Origin: an uncultured Ruminococcus sp.
GTDB taxonomy: Bacteria; Bacillota; Clostridia; Oscillospirales; Ruminococcaceae
DNA length: 37,549 nucleotides
Assembly: GCA_964552995.1 (NCBI GenBank)
Contig: CAZKJC010000002.1
Span: 1,873 to 39,421, forward strand
Direction: 5' to 3'
Under the pieces are notes generated by a model that saw only the letters and a program-made list of their open reading frames with translations, was not told the DNA's origin and made no database searches. Made by a program: the position numbers and the translations under genes. This document shows positions 1 to 8,652 of this stretch, in pieces (the first letter of the stretch is position 1; each line of letters begins with the position of its first letter).

Positions 1-1
1 T

Positions 2-430
2 GTATACGTTGCTCAGATATCCATGGGTGCGGATCGCAACCAGTGCCTTAAGGCTATCGCGGAGGCGGAGGCTTACGACGGACCTTCTCTGATCATAGCT
101 TACGCTCCTTGTATCAACCACGGCATCAAGGGCGGTCTTACCATCGCTCAGCAGGTTGAGAAAGAAGCTGTTGAGGCGGGCTACTGGCACCTGTTCAGAT
201 TCAATCCCGACCTGGCGGCAGAGGGCAAGTCTCCCTTCTCGCTGGACAGCAAGGCTCCCACGGGCGATTACAAGGCATTCATGATGAGAGAGGTACGTTA
301 CAACTCGCTCATGCGTGCTAATCCCGACAGAGCGACTGTTCTGTTTGATAAGGCGGTCGCAAACTCCAAGGCTAAGTACGATCATCTGGTTGAAATGCAG
401 AAGATGTACACCGAAGAGTTTGGCAAGTAA
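2..430 (+). CDS. nifJ: Pyruvate:ferredoxin (flavodoxin) oxidoreductase, C-terminal fragment (truncated by window edge)
   Basis: Open frame from position 2 reads VYVAQISMGA...AEAEAYDGPSLIIAYAPCINHGI...GYWHLFRFNP...EVRYNSL, the typical PFOR C-terminus. Confidence 0.95.
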   Translation, partial: VYVAQISMGADRNQCLKAIAEAEAYDGPSLIIAYAPCINHGIKGGLTIAQQVEKEAVEAGYWHLFRFNPDLAAEGKSPFSLDSKAPTGDYKAFMMREVRYNSLMRANPDRATVLFDKAVANSKAKYDHLVEMQKMYTEEFGK

Positions 431-440
431 AAATAACGAG

Positions 441-463
441 GGGCGGCAGAAATGCCGCCCTTT
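441..463 (+). terminator. Intrinsic terminator after nifJ
   Basis: GGGCGGCA-gaaa-TGCCGCCC perfect stem followed by TTT. Confidence 0.8.
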
Positions 464-504
464 AGCTTGTATAAAAGTTTAGTAATATTAAAGTCCGAGC
501 CGCC

Positions 505-706
505 GAATTTCAAAAAGTGCGCATTTGCCGAACGGCAAATGCTGCACGGTTTCCGCCAGACATGCGCAGCGAGCGAACGGAGTGAGAGAGCGGAGTATGG
601 CTGGCGGAAATTTTGAAATTCCCATTTAAATAATTTGCTTCTCGTCAACATTTATAAACAATTCCTCGTCAACATAAATTCAAAGCATAACAGCTTAGAT
701 CAACAC
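505..706. repeat. Dispersed element family A, copy 1: palindromic core (505-621) plus TCAACA motif tail
   Basis: GAATTTCAAAA...TTTTGAAATTC termini with internal hairpins; closely similar to 34106-34226; tail motifs at 645, 669, 700. Confidence 0.9.
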
Positions 707-859
707 TTTATATACATGCCGGTTTTATTTATATCTTGTTACAAAAATATGCGGGTTTTTCAACCGTTTTGTCTAAATTGCACATAAGAGCCCACGGAAT
801 TTCTACACCCAAAAATGCCGCAAAATCCATGAAAACGTTTATTTTTTCCGTGACAGTGC

Positions 860-888
860 TTGAAATAATGTGTAAATTATGTTATAAT
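860..888 (+). promoter_or_regulatory. Sigma-A promoter of the pilC operon
   Basis: TTGAAA-17 bp-TATAAT with extended -10 TG. Confidence 0.75.
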
Positions 889-1064
889 TATATAACGGAC
901 GACAGGGGTATACTATGCCTTTTTAGCTGCCGTTCGCGGAAACGCCGATAGGGGCGGGGCGGTTTGTGCGTTCCTCGGCTTTAAGCGCTTTCCCAAGCGG
1001 GATAAGGCGCGGTCGGTGTGTCCTATATTTCGCATTTGATTGCGGGGGGAATGGAGGTTATCCG

Positions 1065-2258
1065 GTGAAAAAATTCTCGTATGTGGCCACTGACATAAGC
1101 GGCAAAACCGTCAAAGGTCAGGAAATGGCAGAGGATTATTTGGATCTTCAGCAAAGGCTGAGGGAACGCAACCTGTATTGCACAAGCTATCGCGATATGG
1201 GTTCGAAGGACGGTGCGGACGTCAAGTATAAGTTCAAGACAAAAGAGGTCTCCTTTATAAGCAGACAGCTCGCGTCTATGACCGCCGCGGGTCTGTCCTT
1301 GGTAAGGGCGCTCAACATACTTCAGGAGCAGCAGGAAAACAAAAAGGCGAAGGCGGTGCTTCTCGATATCTACGAGGAGGTTCAGAAAGGTAAGGCTTTC
1401 TCGGATGTTCTCTCGATGAAGCCGGGCGTTTTTCCCGACCTGTTCGTCAGCATGGTAGCGGCGGGCGAGGCTTCGGGTACGCTGGACGCGATGCTCGCGC
1501 GCGTGTCCGACCACTACGCAAACGCCAACAAGACCGCCAACAAGGCTAAGGGCGCGTTGGTGTATCCTATCGTTCTGTTGGTATTGATGGTCGCCGTGAT
1601 CATACTTTTGTTTACGCAGGTTCTTCCTCAGTTCGGAAGTATGATGGCGGAGGAGGATATGAACGGGCTTTCAAGAGCTCTGCTCGCGTTCTCGGATTCG
1701 CTTATTAACCAGTGGTATGTTTATCTTATCGTTATTGCCGCAATAATCGTTTTCTTCTTCTTTGTTTTAAGAACTCCCTCCGCAAGATTAAAATTTGATG
1801 AAATGACTTTGAAAATGCCGAAGGTAGGAAAGCTGGTCGCTACGATCTATACCGGAAGCTTCGCGAGAAATATGGCGAACCTTTACGGCGCGGGCTTGCA
1901 GATGGTTGACTGTATAGAGAAATCTGTGGCGGTCATCGGCAATTCCTACATAAGAAAGTGCTTTAAGGAAGTTGTGGACGACATCAAGCTCGGTGAGAGC
2001 ATGTCGAAATCCATCGAGAAAACGGGAATTTTTGAGGGCATGTTCACCTCGATCATCTACGTCGGCGAGGAATCCGGTACGCTGGACACCATTCTGTCCA
2101 AGGCGGCGGACTACTACGACGACGAGGCGGACAGCGCGATCTCCAAGCTGGTCGGATTGATGGAGCCGTTGATGATAATCATCATGGGTATCGCTATCGG
2201 TCTGTTCCTTGCGGGAATGTTCCCGATGCTCTACGGCAGCATGACAAATATCTCCTAA
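1065..2258 (+). CDS. pilC: Type IV pilus inner-membrane platform protein (T2SS F family)
   Basis: RQLASMTAAGLSL, AGEASGTLD, VGEESGTLD and LMEP motifs; GTG start at 1065 preceded by GGAGG. Confidence 0.93.
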   Translation: MKKFSYVATDISGKTVKGQEMAEDYLDLQQRLRERNLYCTSYRDMGSKDGADVKYKFKTKEVSFISRQLASMTAAGLSLVRALNILQEQQENKKAKAVLLDIYEEVQKGKAFSDVLSMKPGVFPDLFVSMVAAGEASGTLDAMLARVSDHYANANKTANKAKGALVYPIVLLVLMVAVIILLFTQVLPQFGSMMAEEDMNGLSRALLAFSDSLINQWYVYLIVIAAIIVFFFFVLRTPSARLKFDEMTLKMPKVGKLVATIYTGSFARNMANLYGAGLQMVDCIEKSVAVIGNSYIRKCFKEVVDDIKLGESMSKSIEKTGIFEGMFTSIIYVGEESGTLDTILSKAADYYDDEADSAISKLVGLMEPLMIIIMGIAIGLFLAGMFPMLYGSMTNIS

Positions 2259-2427
2259 TTGAGAGCTCGTTTAGTATCTTCCGAAGCGCCGTCTTCACCC
2301 GTCTTTTCGCACCATACTCAGGCAATTTTTCTTGATGTACATACAGTACATCGGCGAAAAATTGCCGTCGTCCGGCGCGAAAATCCGGGCAAATCCGGCA
2401 CTTCTCCGGATACTAAACAAGCTCTAA
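2259..2427. repeat. Long imperfect palindrome (MITE/REP-like) between pilC and pilM
   Basis: AGAGCTCGTTTAGTATC (2262-2278) pairs with GATACTAAACAAGCTCT (2409-2425); nested arms GGCAATTTTTC/GAAAAATTGCC and central GATGTAC-ataca-GTACATC. Confidence 0.88.
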
Positions 2428-2481
2428 GATCAGGCGGTGTCAAAGCCGCAGACGAAACAAAAATATTTATGAGGTGAAGAT

Positions 2482-4131
2482 ATGCTTTCAATTGATATTA
2501 CCGACAGACAAATAAAGCTGGTCAGAGGCGTTCACAGCGGTAACAAGATCAGAGTGCAGGACGCGGATATGCGCGAGCTGAGTCTCGGTATGGTATCCAA
2601 CGGGTACATAACCGACGTCCCCATGGTCGCCGCTGAGATCAACGATATAATCAAGACCAAGGACATCAAGGAGAAGGACGCTATCGTGTCCATAACCTCC
2701 AGTTCAATTGTGTATAGGGAGCTGTTGCTCGCCAAGCCCAAAAACATGAAGAATCCCGCCATCATCGAGGCGATGATCCAGGCGAACATGAACGTTTCCC
2801 GCGAGTACAATATTTCGTTTACCATAGCGGGCGAGACTGAGGACGAGGAAAAGAACAAAATGCTCAAGGTCATCGCCACAGCCTGCCCGCAGAGGCTGGT
2901 TGACGGCTATGTGAGGCTGTTCTCACATATCGGACTTTCCCTTAAGGCGGTAAATATTTCCAACAACTCTGTGACCCGCCTTATCGTTAATACCCCGAAG
3001 ATGTCCGACAGAATGCCGCTTCTGCTTATGCAGATAGATAAGAACTTCCTCAACATGAACCTGTATGAGGACAATCAGATAGTATTCTCGCGCTACTTCC
3101 CCATTGACCCGGGCGATTACGACAACGCTCCCGACTATGTTACCCGCGCGGTTTCGGATAACCTGTTCAGAATGATCCAGTTTATCAAGAGCCGTAAGGG
3201 CGCAAAGCCGCTTAAGGAGATAATGTTCTACGGCGAGATCGAGAACTTCATCGAGCTGTCAAACGCGATCTCCTCGCACAATATCCCCACAAACGTGCTG
3301 TCGAATCCCTCTTCGGTCATTTCCATGGCGGAGATCGATTTCACGAAGTACGCCAACGCGATCGGCGCTATTTACAGGCGCAACAAGGAACTGGAGCATA
3401 TCAACCTGCTCGAGGCTACCTCGGCGAAGGAGTCCAAGGGTATCAACGGCTTCCTTATGATGCTCGGCGGAGGCGTGCTCGGCTCGGTTCTGGTCGTTGC
3501 CGGTATATGCGTGGGTCTGGAGATCATCAACAACGGGCTTAAGTCGGATATAACCACGGTGCAGGCTCAGATAGACAATCCCGTGCTGGTCAACGACAAC
3601 AGGATAGTGGATCAGAGAACGGCGATGCTGCAAGGCTTCGAGAGCTATAACGCCAGCATGGAGCAGACCTCGCTGCTGTTCAACTATCAGCCGAAGGTCC
3701 AGAGCTATGTTGTGCAGAAATTCAGAGAGCCGATCGACAATGACGATAAGATCATAAGCGGCGATCAGCGGCTCGACGTTGTGAGCTACTCTATAAACGG
3801 TTCCAGCGTAAGCGTAAGCTTCAAGGGCATGTGCAACGGAGACCCCTCCGCGATACCGTCGGCTTATGTTCAGTACCTTACCGAAAAGGTAACAAATAAA
3901 TACGGCGATCCCTATTTTGCGAATATCTCCTACTCCGGCTTCAGTAAGGATAACTCCAGCAATGAGGTCATCTACGCGATACTGAACAAGAACGGCGACA
4001 CCGACCTTGACACGGTATTCTCCTTCGAGGTTTCCATGAATCTCAACATGGGCAGCGACGAGGAGAACGCGACAATAAATCTTGAACCGGAATCAGAGGA
4101 AGAGGAGGCAGAAGTAAATGAAGCTGAGTAA
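2482..4131 (+). CDS. pilM: Type IV pilus assembly protein PilM fused to a PilN-like membrane/extracellular region
   Basis: N-terminal LSIDITDRQIKLV actin-like PilM fold; YANAIGA then INLL (PilN N-terminal motif), a TM helix and a coiled coil. Confidence 0.85.
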   Translation: MLSIDITDRQIKLVRGVHSGNKIRVQDADMRELSLGMVSNGYITDVPMVAAEINDIIKTKDIKEKDAIVSITSSSIVYRELLLAKPKNMKNPAIIEAMIQANMNVSREYNISFTIAGETEDEEKNKMLKVIATACPQRLVDGYVRLFSHIGLSLKAVNISNNSVTRLIVNTPKMSDRMPLLLMQIDKNFLNMNLYEDNQIVFSRYFPIDPGDYDNAPDYVTRAVSDNLFRMIQFIKSRKGAKPLKEIMFYGEIENFIELSNAISSHNIPTNVLSNPSSVISMAEIDFTKYANAIGAIYRRNKELEHINLLEATSAKESKGINGFLMMLGGGVLGSVLVVAGICVGLEIINNGLKSDITTVQAQIDNPVLVNDNRIVDQRTAMLQGFESYNASMEQTSLLFNYQPKVQSYVVQKFREPIDNDDKIISGDQRLDVVSYSINGSSVSVSFKGMCNGDPSAIPSAYVQYLTEKVTNKYGDPYFANISYSGFSKDNSSNEVIYAILNKNGDTDLDTVFSFEVSMNLNMGSDEENATINLEPESEEEEAEVNEAE

Positions 4132-5053
4132 GCAGGAACGAATCGGCGCGTTTATAATCGCGATCATAATTATACTGGCACTGGGTGTATTCCTTTTCAT
4201 AAAGCCCAGATTTGAGACTATTCAGAGCACTACCGCGACTCTTGAGTCGAAGCAGCAGGAATTAACGGCGGCGCTTGAGAAGCAGAGCACAAAGGGTCCG
4301 CTGAGAGATCAGGTCCTTGAGGCGTACAGGCAGGGCGAAACGCTGGCGGATATGTTCTTCCCCGAGCTTTGCAACTACGACGCGGAAGCGGAGTTCAGAG
4401 CGTTCCTGGAGCAGTGCGAATCCAACGTTCTTGTGGAGTCGCTTTCGGTAAGCTCCCCCGGCACGTCTACGCTGACTGCTACATTTTACACTCCGCCCGA
4501 GGTCACATACGCGCTGAAATCCTATGTAACACAGGGTCTTGAGCCCTCGGAGGAGGAGCTTGCGGCGGAGAATCGTCAGCTTATTTTGAGCGAGGCGCTG
4601 GGTTCGGGTCAGACTGTCGGCTCTACGGTCATCACATTTACCGTAAATGCGATCGAGCAGGAGGAGCTGTTGAAGTTCTGCGACGAGGTAAATTCCTATG
4701 TTAAGGACGAACACGGCACCCCCACCAGAAAGGCGCTGATGATCGGCGGAATTTCGATGGAGTACGCGGAGCTTCAAGAGGAGTACAATGAAATAATCGA
4801 GGAGATACAGACGAGGGCTGACACCGACGCGACTACCGCGCTTTACAGGAACGCAGGTCTGCCTGTTCCCGCAAGACAGCCCGAGGCTACCACTCCCAAC
4901 ACCGAGAACCCCAACGATCCCAACGCTCAGGAGGAGCTGAGCCTGTCGGATACTATTTACAGTCTGTCAACGACCATAACATTCTACAGCGTCGAGCATA
5001 TGCAGGATCCTACCGAGCAGCTTGACCAGCAGGACAACATGGTAATCCTTTAA
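4118..5053 (+). CDS. PilO-like pilus alignment protein
   Basis: MKLSKQER + single TM + coiled coil; overlaps the pilMN stop; position in operon. Confidence 0.65.
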   Translation: MKLSKQERIGAFIIAIIIILALGVFLFIKPRFETIQSTTATLESKQQELTAALEKQSTKGPLRDQVLEAYRQGETLADMFFPELCNYDAEAEFRAFLEQCESNVLVESLSVSSPGTSTLTATFYTPPEVTYALKSYVTQGLEPSEEELAAENRQLILSEALGSGQTVGSTVITFTVNAIEQEELLKFCDEVNSYVKDEHGTPTRKALMIGGISMEYAELQEEYNEIIEEIQTRADTDATTALYRNAGLPVPARQPEATTPNTENPNDPNAQEELSLSDTIYSLSTTITFYSVEHMQDPTEQLDQQDNMVIL

Positions 5054-5148
5054 AGACGATCGGGCGGGAAAGCCGGAGCGAGTACCGCCGATCACGGGCA
5101 GTCCGCGCAGCGCGGGCTGATATATGAACGGGAGAGAAGGAGGCAAAT

Positions 5149-7551
5149 ATGAGACACACATTGAGGAAGTATCTCAGCAGCCGCGGAAGCGCGCTGTTTA
5201 TGGTACTCAGTACAATGACTGCGCTTCTGATTGTTGTTATGGCGATGTACTTCTCCGTAGTTTCATCGCGTTCTGTACAATATGCGGTTTTCAATCGGGA
5301 GCAGTCCTACCAATCTTCGATATCTGTTGCTGACGCGGTTATAGCAGGACTTAACGACGGTAAGCTGAACACGCTTTCGGGCGAGTTCTTCAAGCTGAAG
5401 GTCGGCGAGACGAAGAGCACCAACGGTAACGGCTTCGCAAGCCTTACCGGAACCGGAACAAAAGAGGACGATCCCAATATCGGAGCGTATGATGTTACAG
5501 TAACAAGACTTAACGACGAGGGCGAATACTATGTGTATGACTTCGTGGTTACGGCGATGGTAAACGGCGTGACCGAGACTACTCATACCCTTGTAAGGCT
5601 TTCGTCGGGTGATCCCACGCCGCCGCCCGCAGGTAAGACCTTTACCGCTACCGGATATCTGCCAAACGAGAACTGGGTAGGCTTGGGCAACTATTACGAT
5701 GAGGTTCACATTGACTCGGAGTACTGCGTTGTAGGTCTGGACGGAGCCACCATCTTCGGCAATTTTACTGCGGCAGGTTCGGTTGAGATAAATAATACAA
5801 CTCAGTCAAACTACGATGGTTTGTATTCAATTGCAACATATGAAGCGAAGCACTGGTCGGTTGGCGGAAATTTACAAATAAGCCAAAGTATGGCTGGATA
5901 TGGTAAGATGTCCGAATGGCTAACCAATGGAACGGCAGAAGAGCATACTACTTTGATAGTAGGCGGTAATCTGATTATTGAAAATAATGGTCATCTGGAT
6001 ATTCCGCAATATGTTGATATTTATGTTCTCGGCGATTGCTATGTGGGAACCCTCTCTCAAAACATGGCAGGAAACCTGTTTGTCGGCGGTACATTATACT
6101 CAGTCGGAGATTTGTACGGCAGCGGTGTTCCGATAATTATTACAAGCAACAGCGCCGGTTATATTTATCTGTCGAACAGTGATGATATTGATAAATACAG
6201 CGTAGGCGGTTGGGGCAATCCTAATATCCATATTGAAGCGTGGGGAGATACCGATGAAACCAGGTGTATCCTTTCACAGTCCGATGCTATCGATGAATTG
6301 AATACTGCAATCGGAAGCAACAGTTACCCCAAGTGGATCCCCGAGGTCGATTCCGATGATGTTGTTGATATTGCCTTTAATTCATACAACAATGATTCGG
6401 ACGCAGCGTCAATGGATCGGTTGGATCTGAACGGACGCAATGTCCCCAAGGGCAGAGTGGTTTATGAGGAGGAGGATCTGAAGTTTGTCAAGGGGTCTCA
6501 TGAAAGCGCTACAATAGGCAACATTTACGATCTTGCACCCATGCATGGGGCACCCGGTGTCAATAATTATTACATTGTCATAGATACGGGTGATGATCCT
6601 GAAAATGTTTTCACGATCCGCCTGCTTGCAAACAGGAATCTTGATCCCGATGAAAATGATGTACAAGCAAAATCTTCCAACAGAACCGAAAAGTACGATG
6701 CCGATGAATTGGGTGAAAACGAAACCTTTATGTGGAGACCGTATGATGGTACTGCGTGTAACCCCGAAGATGCGTCAACGCTTACCTATGTTCTGATAAA
6801 GGGTGCAGGTACGGTCGTTTTTGATATTCCCGAGGGGGTAACGTATCAGTCTACATGGTCCGACTTTGTCGGTCATATGAATTGGTTTGCTCTGCTTGCT
6901 GACGGCACATCAAATGGGCTGCCCGTAATCGGTGCAAGAGATAGTATGCCTAAAGCGGTCAACAAAATGGTTCATAAAACATGTACGGGAAGCCATAAGT
7001 GCGAGTATACGCAAACCAAGGACGGCAAAAAGCTTGAGGACGGTTATTGGTGGTGCGAAACGCATGAATATCTGGTAGAGAGTACTGCCGCAACGGCTGA
7101 TGAGCTAATCGAGGACGGTGTTTGTCCATGCGTTAACAGAGTGGGAAGAAAAGAGATCGCATCCTCGTTTAATCTTGATTCCTTTACAGGTGATTTGGTC
7201 AGTCGTGACAGCGCAGGCAACTTTATATATCCGACTACAAATTTATGGTTCGTATCATGCGATGAAAATGCTCAGATCCGAATGGCACAGACCAAGAATA
7301 ACGATCACATTATGTATAATACCACCTTTGGTTTTGTGTATGCCCCATATATGACATTCGTAGCTAAGTCACCATCAGCTGAACCCGGTTTGCGTTTGGC
7401 GGGCGGTTTGATAGTTTCCGATCTGCTTTTAAACGATCGATATGCATATATCTATATCGCGCCCGAAATAAATTATTCGGAATTGATAGGTACTAATACC
7501 GATTGGCTTACACCTCAGGGCAATCGCTCGTGGCGCAAGTACGGCTACTAA
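5149..7551 (+). CDS. Large PilX/GspK-like minor pilin, putative tip adhesin (800 aa)
   Basis: Class III signal RG|SALFMVL lacking Glu5, then QSYQSSISVA; long beta-rich C-terminal region with V(G)GNL-type repeats. Confidence 0.75.
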   Translation: MRHTLRKYLSSRGSALFMVLSTMTALLIVVMAMYFSVVSSRSVQYAVFNREQSYQSSISVADAVIAGLNDGKLNTLSGEFFKLKVGETKSTNGNGFASLTGTGTKEDDPNIGAYDVTVTRLNDEGEYYVYDFVVTAMVNGVTETTHTLVRLSSGDPTPPPAGKTFTATGYLPNENWVGLGNYYDEVHIDSEYCVVGLDGATIFGNFTAAGSVEINNTTQSNYDGLYSIATYEAKHWSVGGNLQISQSMAGYGKMSEWLTNGTAEEHTTLIVGGNLIIENNGHLDIPQYVDIYVLGDCYVGTLSQNMAGNLFVGGTLYSVGDLYGSGVPIIITSNSAGYIYLSNSDDIDKYSVGGWGNPNIHIEAWGDTDETRCILSQSDAIDELNTAIGSNSYPKWIPEVDSDDVVDIAFNSYNNDSDAASMDRLDLNGRNVPKGRVVYEEEDLKFVKGSHESATIGNIYDLAPMHGAPGVNNYYIVIDTGDDPENVFTIRLLANRNLDPDENDVQAKSSNRTEKYDADELGENETFMWRPYDGTACNPEDASTLTYVLIKGAGTVVFDIPEGVTYQSTWSDFVGHMNWFALLADGTSNGLPVIGARDSMPKAVNKMVHKTCTGSHKCEYTQTKDGKKLEDGYWWCETHEYLVESTAATADELIEDGVCPCVNRVGRKEIASSFNLDSFTGDLVSRDSAGNFIYPTTNLWFVSCDENAQIRMAQTKNNDHIMYNTTFGFVYAPYMTFVAKSPSAEPGLRLAGGLIVSDLLLNDRYAYIYIAPEINYSELIGTNTDWLTPQGNRSWRKYGY

Positions 7552-7569
7552 TACAAGGAGGGAAAAGCT

Positions 7570-8634
7570 ATGAGTAAGATTTTTTCAAAGCGAAGCGGTT
7601 TTACCTTGGTTGAAATTATCGTTGCGTTCGCTATTTTCGCGATAATGGCAGCTATGCTTGTTTCAATGACAGGTCTTGCGGTAAAGCAGCGGCAGTCAAA
7701 TCTTGACTTTTCCAGAGAGCTTTCCGAACAGCAGGCATACCTTGCTTCACATGAAAGGGAAACGACCTATAACTCATCGGATACAACCAAGTTTGAATTT
7801 GAATTTGACGGCGGACTTAACGCGTCGTTAGGTTACAGCGTGGTTCACGCAACGGACGATGAAACAAGCGAGGGCGGCATTAGCTACTTTGTCGCACACG
7901 CAAATCCTAAGCCCGGCAATATTAAAAACGAGGGCGACGGAGGCGATGAAGATGGCGGAACAAGTCTTGCGCTTGCCGAAAAGGTTGATTCGAGAATATA
8001 TGGCTCTAAGGACTTTGAGTATATTCAGATCTCGGATATAAACGAGGTATCAGACGCCGACATCGCGGCGGCAGGGAATTCAATGTTTACGCTTGACGTT
8101 TACGCCAACGACAATGAGACGGCAGTAGCAAATAAAGATTCACGTTTGGCGCGCAATTATAAACTGCGATTTGACAGCAAAGTTATTGATTGCGGTTATG
8201 TTGGTGGTTCACCGACTGCCCCTGTTTATATAAGCTATAAGAACGCGACATTTGGCAGTGACGGCAAGGTGTCCGGCGGCGGAAATAATCAGTTTGAAAT
8301 ACTTATCTGCTCTGACGATACGGTGCGTGTTAGTATTCCGCAAGGCATAGTTCAAAGTAATTTTGCCGCTACGGATGATTCTTCTTTAAATAATTATTGT
8401 TTCCCTGGCATGCGTTCTCACTTTTACGTAGTGCTCCAAGGTGATGTTGATCTCACCGCAGACAGCTTTGGCAAGTACGCGGTCAATGAGTACGGCGAGT
8501 TTCTGTTCAAACCCGTTACAGCGGTTATAACATCCACAGATGAGGACGGCAAGGAATCCGAAGAAACAATAGAATTCATCAATGTGTACGGCGCCAAGCC
8601 CAAAGACGGCGTAACTATACTTGAGCCGGATTGA
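7570..8634 (+). CDS. Type IV minor pilin (prepilin N-terminal cleavage/methylation domain)
   Basis: KRSG|FTLVEIIVAFAIFAIM; RBS AAGGAGG. Confidence 0.9.
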   Translation: MSKIFSKRSGFTLVEIIVAFAIFAIMAAMLVSMTGLAVKQRQSNLDFSRELSEQQAYLASHERETTYNSSDTTKFEFEFDGGLNASLGYSVVHATDDETSEGGISYFVAHANPKPGNIKNEGDGGDEDGGTSLALAEKVDSRIYGSKDFEYIQISDINEVSDADIAAAGNSMFTLDVYANDNETAVANKDSRLARNYKLRFDSKVIDCGYVGGSPTAPVYISYKNATFGSDGKVSGGGNNQFEILICSDDTVRVSIPQGIVQSNFAATDDSSLNNYCFPGMRSHFYVVLQGDVDLTADSFGKYAVNEYGEFLFKPVTAVITSTDEDGKESEETIEFINVYGAKPKDGVTILEPD

Positions 8635-8652
8635 TGAAGGGGACGGTGACTG

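Noticed and set aside
382..951. ORFs 382-651(-) and 736-951(+)
   Set aside because: They overlap a terminator, repeat family A and the promoter region, and have no RBS or recognisable motifs
966..1064. N-terminal extension of pilC in the ORF track
   Set aside because: The GGAGG RBS supports GTG at 1065, where PilC-like sequence begins
2259..2477. 72-aa ORF between pilC and pilM
   Set aside because: Coincides with the long palindrome; no RBS
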